NCBI GenBank assembly: GCA_016928865.1
Contig: JAFGJX010000105.1
Span: 5,786 to 69,785 of the forward strand
Source: Spirochaetota bacterium
GTDB lineage: Bacteria; Spirochaetota; UBA4802; UBA5550
Reading direction: 5' to 3'
DNA length: 64,000 nt
Below, one piece after another: positions 19,609 to 26,483 of the stretch. The notes beneath the pieces are model-generated. The model searched no databases, had not been told where the DNA came from, and saw only the letters and a program-made list of their open reading frames with translations. Position numbers and translations under genes: made by a program. Position 1 is the first letter of the stretch; the number at the start of each line of letters is the position of its first letter.

Positions 19609-20880
19609 GTGGCTAATGTTATTAAGCAGTTCATCGATTTTTTAAAGAAGGAATTTAACAGCTATCCGAAGAACATAAAGATCACGCTCGGCGTGCTGAT
19701 GTTCTTCGTGCTCGGATTCATCATTTTTGGCATCCAGATCCTGTTCTGGGGACTGGGCTATACTGACATGAGCAACGTCTATCCGTTCGGCCAGTGGATC
19801 ATCGGCGACCTGGGCCTTGTCGGTCTGGGCGGCGGGGCGTTCACTACCGGCTTTCTGCTCTATATCTTCAGGAACGACAAGCTGACGCCGCTCATCAATT
19901 CAACGGTTCTCATCGGCTTCATGTGTTACCTGTTCACGCTGGTCTTCCTGGTGTTTGACATCGGTCAGCCGCTCCGGGCATGGTTCGGGTATACCTACCC
20001 GAACTGGGGACCCCACCTGATGCCGCAATCGATGCTGACCGAAGTAGTCTGGTGTCTGACCCTGTATTTCTGCATCCTGTGTGTTGAGATGATTCCCGTG
20101 GTGCTGAAGCACAAGGTCCTGGACGCGATCCCCGCGCTCCACTATATCGGACATTATCTCCATCGCCTCATGTGGATTTTCGCAGCCGGCGGCACGTTCC
20201 TTTCGTTCTTCCACCAGGGATCTCTCGGCGGCGGAATGTGGGACATCATGTACGGCAAGGCTTCATGGTTCAGGGCGCACCATATCTATTTTTTTGTGGT
20301 CATCATCGGAGCGACCGCGGGCGGCACCGCCTTCATGACTCTCTGTGCCTATATCGCGGGCAAGGTGATGAAGAAGGAAGTCGTTCCAAAGGAGACATTC
20401 CATTCAATCGCCAAGGTTTCCGGCATCATGCTGTCTGTTTATTTCGTCGCGCGGATTATCGATGTCAGCCTCATGGCAACCAAGTGGACGCCGCTCTTTG
20501 ACCGGAGCTTCGCCGGAATGATGGGCGGATACTACGGCTGGTGGATGCTGGCGGTGGAGTTCATCCTTTTGATCGTCGCCATTTCGATGCTTCTGATCAA
20601 GAAAAACCGGGAACAGGAGAAGACGTTCCTGGTCGGCATAAGCACCGGGGCGGGAGCGCTGTTCGTGAACAAGCTTTTCGTGGTTTTAAACGGCTCCTCG
20701 GTGCCCAATTTCCCATGGAAGAGTTTCGCGGCATACAACCCGACAATACAGGAGTGGTTCATCTTCCTGGGCGGCCTGTCGGTCATGGTGCTCATTTACA
20801 TGTGGTTCGCAAAATACACGCCCCTCTTCCCCCATGCAGAGCATGCTCATCATGAGGGCGGTGAGCAGCAGGGCGCCTGA
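19609..20880 (+). CDS. NrfD/PsrC-family integral membrane quinone-interacting subunit (QrcD-like)
   Basis: 423 aa with about 10 hydrophobic helices. GTG start after AAGGAG. Last gene of the four-gene operon. Confidence 0.85.
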   Translation: MANVIKQFIDFLKKEFNSYPKNIKITLGVLMFFVLGFIIFGIQILFWGLGYTDMSNVYPFGQWIIGDLGLVGLGGGAFTTGFLLYIFRNDKLTPLINSTVLIGFMCYLFTLVFLVFDIGQPLRAWFGYTYPNWGPHLMPQSMLTEVVWCLTLYFCILCVEMIPVVLKHKVLDAIPALHYIGHYLHRLMWIFAAGGTFLSFFHQGSLGGGMWDIMYGKASWFRAHHIYFFVVIIGATAGGTAFMTLCAYIAGKVMKKEVVPKETFHSIAKVSGIMLSVYFVARIIDVSLMATKWTPLFDRSFAGMMGGYYGWWMLAVEFILLIVAISMLLIKKNREQEKTFLVGISTGAGALFVNKLFVVLNGSSVPNFPWKSFAAYNPTIQEWFIFLGGLSVMVLIYMWFAKYTPLFPHAEHAHHEGGEQQGA

Positions 20881-20902
20881 TAACCGGTATTGTGAATAAC
20901 GC

Positions 20903-20935
20903 AAAAAACGGCAGAATAAACTGCCGTTTTTTTTT
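20903..20935 (+). terminator. Rho-independent terminator after the cytochrome/MopB/FeS/NrfD operon
   Basis: AAAAAACGGCAG-aataaa-CTGCCGTTTTTTTTT: perfect stem followed by a T9 run, 22 nt after the stop codon. Confidence 0.8.
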
Positions 20936-21100
20936 GCCCAGCGGGCTGGAACGTATGGCGGGCCGGGTATAATGATCGTTGCCAGCTTGTCCGGCGTATG
21001 AAAAACAGGACGACGGGACGCAAAAAATTAATAGTTAGTACTTGACAGACTCAATGGATTTATATAAATGAACTGAATTGTCAGTTTTTCCGGATTTCCA

Positions 21101-21475
21101 ATGATAGACCTTCACGCAGAACAACTGGGCGATGTATCGGTGCTGAGCATTAGAGGCGCCTTTAATATGGACAATCTGATGCGGGTCAAGGCGTTCATGA
21201 TTGAGCAATTCGAACGATGCCCGCGCATGATTGCGATTAAATGCGAATCGCTCGATTCCGTGGATTCATGCGCCATCGGGGTCATCGTGCAGTTTTTGAA
21301 TTACGCCGCGGATAACGATATCAAGCTGGTTTTTTACGATCTGAAGCCTGTTTTGCAGCGCCTGTTCGATGTCGCCAGGTTGAGCCGCTATTTTACGATA
21401 ACAACCCGGTCGGAATTCAAGAACCAGTATCTCCTCAATCTGAAATCAAGAAAGCTCGAACACAGTCTGACGTAA
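21101..21475 (+). CDS. STAS-domain protein (anti-sigma-factor antagonist-like)
   Basis: SpoIIAA-like pattern: VLSIRGAFNMDN...IAIKCESLDSVDSCAIGVIVQFL...LVFYDLKPVLQRLFDVARL. Confidence 0.8.
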   Translation: MIDLHAEQLGDVSVLSIRGAFNMDNLMRVKAFMIEQFERCPRMIAIKCESLDSVDSCAIGVIVQFLNYAADNDIKLVFYDLKPVLQRLFDVARLSRYFTITTRSEFKNQYLLNLKSRKLEHSLT

Positions 21476-21516
21476 TACCGCTCGGCTCTCTGACAGGCGA
21501 TGTGGTTATCACCGCG

Positions 21517-22524
21517 TCACCTGACGATCCGCAGCTCGGCGCCGCACTGTGCGCAGCGATTGCCGTCAAGACCGGATATCTTGGTAAAATACCCGCTTCT
21601 GCGAATGACCGTCGCACCGCACGATGGGCAGTGCGTGTCATGGCCTCGCTCCTGCGAGGAAACATTGCCGCAGTAAACGTATTTGAGCTTTTTCTCAGCT
21701 TCGGCGTGCACCTTCATTATGAAACCGACATCGGTGGCCGGGCGGTCGTATTTATAGCTCGGGTAGTACCGCGAGATATGCCAGGGTATACCGGCGTCGA
21801 CTGAAGCGATGAATTCGATAATGTCCTTCATTTCATCCATGTCGTCGTTTATGCCCGTGATCACCAGGGTGGTGAGCTCGATATGGCAGCCGTGGGCGTG
21901 GGCGGTCCTGATCGTGTCCAGCACCTCGGGCAGACGGGCCTTCTGTACGGTGCGCATCGTCTTGTCGCGGAAGCTTTTCAGGTCTATGTTCATTGCGTCA
22001 ATCAGTACGAGGAGCTCACGGAGCGGTTCAGGATTGATAAAGCCGTTGGTCACCATAACGTTGGCGAGCCCCTTTTCCCGGGCCAGCGCGGCTGTATCGC
22101 GCACGTATTCGAACCAGACGATCGGCTCCGAGTAGGTATAGGCGATGCCGACAGAACCTTCCGCGAGAGCGGCTTCAACGATCTTTTCAGACGGGTAATA
22201 TGAGGTGTGCGCGGCGCGTTCCTGGGATATCTGCCAGTTCTGGCAGTAGGGGCACTTCATGTTGCAGCCCTTGGTCCCGATCGAGAGTATGCTTGCGCCT
22301 GGGTGAAAATGGTATAGCGGCTTTTTTTCAACCGGGTCCATCGCGATGGAGGTAATGCGGCCGTATATATCGGTATACAGCACGCCGCCGCTGTTTGTGC
22401 GGATGCCGCAGATCCCCGATTTGCTGTCCTGGATGCGGCAGTTGTGGGGGCAGAGCGAGCAACGCACGCTTCCCCGGTCGGTTTTTTCATAGAAAGCTGC
22501 TTCGTGCTTTTCCATGTCAGGCAT
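21517..22524 (-). CDS. AmmeMemoRadiSam-system radical SAM enzyme
   Basis: Diagnostic N-terminus FYEKTDRGSVRCSLCPHNCRI...CGIR...DPVEKKPLYHF...GCNMKCPYCQNWQISQ. C-terminal CPSCG...CAQCG ribbon. Start is ATG 22524 or 22515. Confidence 0.85.
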   Translation of the reverse strand: MPDMEKHEAAFYEKTDRGSVRCSLCPHNCRIQDSKSGICGIRTNSGGVLYTDIYGRITSIAMDPVEKKPLYHFHPGASILSIGTKGCNMKCPYCQNWQISQERAAHTSYYPSEKIVEAALAEGSVGIAYTYSEPIVWFEYVRDTAALAREKGLANVMVTNGFINPEPLRELLVLIDAMNIDLKSFRDKTMRTVQKARLPEVLDTIRTAHAHGCHIELTTLVITGINDDMDEMKDIIEFIASVDAGIPWHISRYYPSYKYDRPATDVGFIMKVHAEAEKKLKYVYCGNVSSQERGHDTHCPSCGATVIRRSGYFTKISGLDGNRCAQCGAELRIVR

Positions 22525-22532
22525 GCCTGAAG

Positions 22533-22979
22533 TTAGGATTGGACGGCCTCCGCTTTTGCCCGGGCCGGTTCGCTTGCCTTCTCGTCCTCTTCCTTGTCCT
22601 GTTTCCTGGCGTCGCCCTTGATCATCTCGCACGCGCCCTCGAACACAACGCCGTCGGCTATCTGGAGCTTCGCGGTCCTGATGTTGCCGTACAGCTTGCC
22701 GGTCGAATGTATCTCAAGGCGCTGGGTTGCCTCGATGTTGCCGTGAACGGTGCCCATGAGGATGACCGATTTGGCGCGAATATTGGCCTTGACCACGGCG
22801 CCTTCGCCGACAACGAGAAACCCGCCTGAAACAATCTCTCCCTCGAAGTAGCCGTTTATCTGCAGGGACTTCTTGAATGAGAGGTCCCCGAAAAATTCGG
22901 TGTCTTTGCTGAATACCGTGGTAACCATCCCGACATCGTACACCGGATTCTTGTTTATCTGTATCACTTTCTTCGTCAT
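22533..22979 (-). CDS. Bactofilin
   Basis: Beta-helical bactofilin repeat pattern (FEGEIVSGGFLVVGEGAVVKANIRAKSVILMGTVHGNIEATQRLEIHSTGKLYGNI) with an acidic/basic tail. Confidence 0.9.
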   Translation of the reverse strand: MTKKVIQINKNPVYDVGMVTTVFSKDTEFFGDLSFKKSLQINGYFEGEIVSGGFLVVGEGAVVKANIRAKSVILMGTVHGNIEATQRLEIHSTGKLYGNIRTAKLQIADGVVFEGACEMIKGDARKQDKEEDEKASEPARAKAEAVQS

Positions 22980-22997
22980 TGCGCAGCCCGCCGTGTC

Positions 22998-23219
22998 CTA
23001 TTTTGTCTTCATCACGTAAACGCCGTCCCAGTCATCGGGAGGAGGGTTTTCCTTGAAGTCTCGGCAGCGGTTGAGATACTCGTTCGAGGGGCCGTCTTTG
23101 GGATCGATCTCGATTGCCTTCTGGAAGGCCCTGATTGATTCATCCCACTTTCTCTGCTTGTACGCGGAAAGCCCCAGGTTGTAATACTTGAGAAGTTCCT
23201 CTTTCTCTTTTGTGATCAT
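22998..23219 (-). CDS. Small TPR-like protein (73 aa)
   Basis: One TPR-like unit (YYNLGLSAYKQRKWDESIRAFQKAIEIDPKD) and the tail GPSNEYLNRCRDFKENPPPDDWDGVYVMKTK. Lies 18 nt upstream of bactofilin. Confidence 0.6.
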   Translation of the reverse strand: MITKEKEELLKYYNLGLSAYKQRKWDESIRAFQKAIEIDPKDGPSNEYLNRCRDFKENPPPDDWDGVYVMKTK

Positions 23220-23377
23220 AGCCCCTCTCTGCTGCCGGACCGCCTGTCCTTAACTCAAATATAATTTGAACGCGTATAATTACAACTGAAATTTAAAAAA
23301 AGTGATCGGTCACATGGATGATGCAAGGGATTGCGCAGAGTCAAGGACGGGGTGCGCGATCCCTGACAGGTCTCCGC

Positions 23378-24352
23378 TCAGTAGGTGCGGCTCTGCAGGA
23401 AATCCGAAAGCTCGAACAGTATTGTCCGGTATGGCGAATCCGGAAACTGTTCCAGTATCCCCCGCGCGCCCCCGATGTATTCGCCGGCAAACCGTACGGA
23501 GTAGTCGATTGCGCCTGACGCGTCCAGCCGTTTCACGATCTTCTGCCAGAGGTCCGTATCCGGGTTGTCGATGTATTGCTTTAGCATCTGCAGGGCGCCT
23601 GATCCCTCCTTTTCGATCAGGTAAAGGAAGGGAAGGGTTATTTTTCCGTCCTTGAAGTCATTTCCGGCGTCCTTGCCGATATGGTCGGCATTCTGCATGA
23701 TGTCCAGCGTGTCGTCAATGATCTGGAACGCGAACCCGAGATTGAGGCCGAAGCGGTAGAGCTGTTCGGTTTCTTCCGCGCCGAGGCCGGATTTTGTGGC
23801 GCCGAGCTTCGCGCAGGAGCCCATGAAGCGGGCGGTTTTCAGTTCGATGATGGTCAGGTAGTTTTTACGAGACGCGCTGTCGATATCGGCGTATTCGAGC
23901 TGGCACAGCTCGCCCATGACCATGTCCTTGGTTCCGTTCACCATGAGGGGAAAGATGGCCGGGTTGCCGTCGCTGATCGCCAGATTGAGCGCCACGGAAT
24001 ACATGAAGTCACCGGCGAGCACCGACACCTTGTTGCCCCACTTGTGGGGGACCGTTACGTTGCCCCTGCGGAACATTGACTGATCGATAATATCGTCATG
24101 GATGAGAGAGGCGGCGTGAACGATCTCCGTGGCCGCAGCGAGCCTGATGATGCCTTCCGGAAGCGCGGATGTAAGGCCGCTGGTGAGGATCACGAGGGAT
24201 GCCCGTATGCGCTTGCCGCCGCTCAGGAACAGGTGCAGCGAACTTGCGTCGATAATCGGCACCCCGGTCTTGAGGGCCCGCTCTATCTCGCGGTCGACGT
24301 CTTCGAGATGTCCGCCGAGCGGCGCCAGGATGGTTTTTAAGTCTTTGCCCAT
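23378..24352 (-). CDS. Polyprenyl diphosphate synthase (long-chain, IspB-like)
   Basis: ASLIHDDIIDQSMFRRG and FQIIDDTLD motifs. Start trimmed to ATG 24352 (MGKDLKTIL). Confidence 0.85.
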   Translation of the reverse strand: MGKDLKTILAPLGGHLEDVDREIERALKTGVPIIDASSLHLFLSGGKRIRASLVILTSGLTSALPEGIIRLAAATEIVHAASLIHDDIIDQSMFRRGNVTVPHKWGNKVSVLAGDFMYSVALNLAISDGNPAIFPLMVNGTKDMVMGELCQLEYADIDSASRKNYLTIIELKTARFMGSCAKLGATKSGLGAEETEQLYRFGLNLGFAFQIIDDTLDIMQNADHIGKDAGNDFKDGKITLPFLYLIEKEGSGALQMLKQYIDNPDTDLWQKIVKRLDASGAIDYSVRFAGEYIGGARGILEQFPDSPYRTILFELSDFLQSRTY

Positions 24353-24365
24353 GCGTGTGCCGCTG

Positions 24366-24704
24366 TCAGTCAAAGGTGGAGAGGCATTCGCGCTGCGATT
24401 CGTATATCTCAAAGACCTTGTCAAGCATGGTGGTTTCGAAAAGCCTGAGGAGGTTTTCATTGACGATAACGAGCTTGATGTCGCCTTCGTTGTCCTTGAT
24501 CTTTCTCTTTATGGCGACGAGGACCCCGAGGGCCGAGCTGCATATGTGCTTTACATCCATCAGGTCAATGCAGATATTGTTTTTTCCATTTTCCAGGCAT
24601 TCCTGCAGGACGCCTTCAAGCTCTTCGGATCCATCCTGGTCAATCCGTCCGTCCAGGATTATTATTTCAGCTGAATCGGTCGACTTTCTCTTCATAATCC
24701 TCAC
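24366..24704 (-). CDS. STAS-domain protein (anti-sigma-factor antagonist-like)
   Basis: IIILDGRID...ICIDLMDVKHICSSALGVLVAIKRKI...KLVIVNENLLRLFETTMLDKVF. Lies 13 nt upstream of the prenyl synthase gene. Confidence 0.75.
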   Translation of the reverse strand: MRIMKRKSTDSAEIIILDGRIDQDGSEELEGVLQECLENGKNNICIDLMDVKHICSSALGVLVAIKRKIKDNEGDIKLVIVNENLLRLFETTMLDKVFEIYESQRECLSTFD

Positions 24705-24911
24705 TCCGTGTGCAGTGGTGGTAGTTAACGGGAATATTTATACGGTTAAATCCTGAAATGTCCCTGATTTTTCTGCTGGAACCGGATTGTATCAATGGGA
24801 ACGAAGACTTTCCCCCGCGCGCGGTATACAGGCCGCTCGCGTGCGGCGATCTGGCTCCGGAAAATATCATATATATATCAGCATCATGCACTGGTCAATA
24901 ACAATATTGAT

Positions 24912-25640
24912 TCAATGCTCTATTTTGTGACTAAATAGTATCTTTTCAAGCCTTTTAACGTCAGCGCGGGCGACAGCCAGGGAGATTACCTCGCCCGACC
25001 CGGCCGAACGGAGCTGGCGGGCGCATTCATTGATCGTTGCGCCGGTGGTATAGATGTCGTCCACCAGCAGGACGCTTTTTCCCGCAAGCTCTTTTGCTCC
25101 CCGGACGGCGTAGCGGTCAATGGCGTTGAGGAACCTGTCCCTCAGGCCCAGAACGCGCTGCGTGCGCGTGCCCCTGCGTTCAGTGAGAAATCTCCGGCAC
25201 GGGATGCCCGTTTTTCCGGATATATACCGCGCCACAAGCTCGGATTGATTGAAGCCCCGCGCCCATCTTTTTTTTGCGTTCATGGGCACCCATGTTATGT
25301 AGTCGGTCCGCATGCCCGTCTCCGAGAATTTCTTGAGCGCGATTGAGCCGCACACCCGGTGGAGGTCGCGTATCCTGTCAAATTTGAGAGCGTGAAGAAT
25401 GTTCCGTGTGATTCCGTCGTATTCCGCGGCGGCGATGTTTTTTTTGAAGAAAAAATGACGATCCGGGCAGGTCGGACACACGGTGCCCGCAAGGGGGCCG
25501 CCGCAGACGGGACAGCTGCCGGCCAGGTAGGGGATCCGGTCTCGGCAGGACCGGCACAGGTGGTGCTCGCGTGACCTGACGGGGTCGCCGCATCCGGCGC
25601 AGCGCGAGGGGAACAGGATGTCAACTGCCATGCCGGTCAT
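24912..25640 (-). CDS. comF: ComF-family phosphoribosyltransferase-like protein
   Basis: N-terminal Cys pairs (CAGCG...CRSC; CPVCGG...CPTC) and a PRTase loop VLLVDDIYTTGATI. The ATG overlaps the queC stop (ATGA). Confidence 0.85.
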   Translation of the reverse strand: MTGMAVDILFPSRCAGCGDPVRSREHHLCRSCRDRIPYLAGSCPVCGGPLAGTVCPTCPDRHFFFKKNIAAAEYDGITRNILHALKFDRIRDLHRVCGSIALKKFSETGMRTDYITWVPMNAKKRWARGFNQSELVARYISGKTGIPCRRFLTERRGTRTQRVLGLRDRFLNAIDRYAVRGAKELAGKSVLLVDDIYTTGATINECARQLRSAGSGEVISLAVARADVKRLEKILFSHKIEH

Positions 25641-26335
25641 TGATTACCGTCTTCGCCGCAGTAACGGGTTGGATCGGGGATGCCCGCATCCCTGAATCCT
25701 TTTCGCCGGATCCGGCAGCTGTCGCATGATCCGCACGCCGAGCCGTCAGGCCCCGGGTCGTAACAGCTGTGTGTAAGCGAATAATCGACACCGAGGCGAT
25801 GTCCGGTGCGTATGATTTCCGCCTTTGTCATGCTGATCAGCGGGGTTTCGATTATAATGCCGTTGCCGCTGACGCCGGCCCGGGTCCCGCGATCAGCCAT
25901 CTCCTTGAACGCATGGAAGAATTCCGGCCGGCAGTCGGGGTAACCGCTGTAATCGACCGCGGTGGCGCCAATGAAGATGCGGCGCGCGCCGATTGATTCA
26001 GCGAGCGCCAGCGCATAGGAAAGGAAGAGTATGTTGCGCGCCGGAACATAGGTATCCGGGATTTCATCAACGTCATCGACGGGACGGTTTTTAGGGACCT
26101 CCAGGGATCCTGTGGTGAGTGCGGAACGGAAGATGTGAGCCGGTATTTCTATCACGAGATGCTCTCTGATGCCGAAAAAACCGGCCAGCGCTCTGGCTCG
26201 GAGGAGTTCGACGCCATGTTTCTGACCGTATGAAAAGGTCATGGCGCACGGATCGAATCCCCTGCTGATGGCGATCGCGGCGGCGGTCGCGGAATCGATC
26301 CCGCCGCTCAGCAGAATTACGGCTTTCTCTTTCAT
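25637..26335 (-). CDS. queC: 7-cyano-7-deazaguanine synthase
   Basis: PP-loop AVILLSGGIDSATAA and C-terminal Cys cluster CGSCDSC. Confidence 0.93.
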   Translation of the reverse strand: MKEKAVILLSGGIDSATAAAIAISRGFDPCAMTFSYGQKHGVELLRARALAGFFGIREHLVIEIPAHIFRSALTTGSLEVPKNRPVDDVDEIPDTYVPARNILFLSYALALAESIGARRIFIGATAVDYSGYPDCRPEFFHAFKEMADRGTRAGVSGNGIIIETPLISMTKAEIIRTGHRLGVDYSLTHSCYDPGPDGSACGSCDSCRIRRKGFRDAGIPDPTRYCGEDGNQ

Positions 26336-26483
26336 TATTCCTCCTCAGGGCATGTGGATTGACCGCTTCACCGCCCTGAGCAAACGATTATATGTCGCCG
26401 CGCGGGAAAACATGCTGGTGCGGGGCCCCGCGCGCGCCCTGATGCCGGATATACGAATAGAAGGTTCCGGTAAGTAAAAAAAA

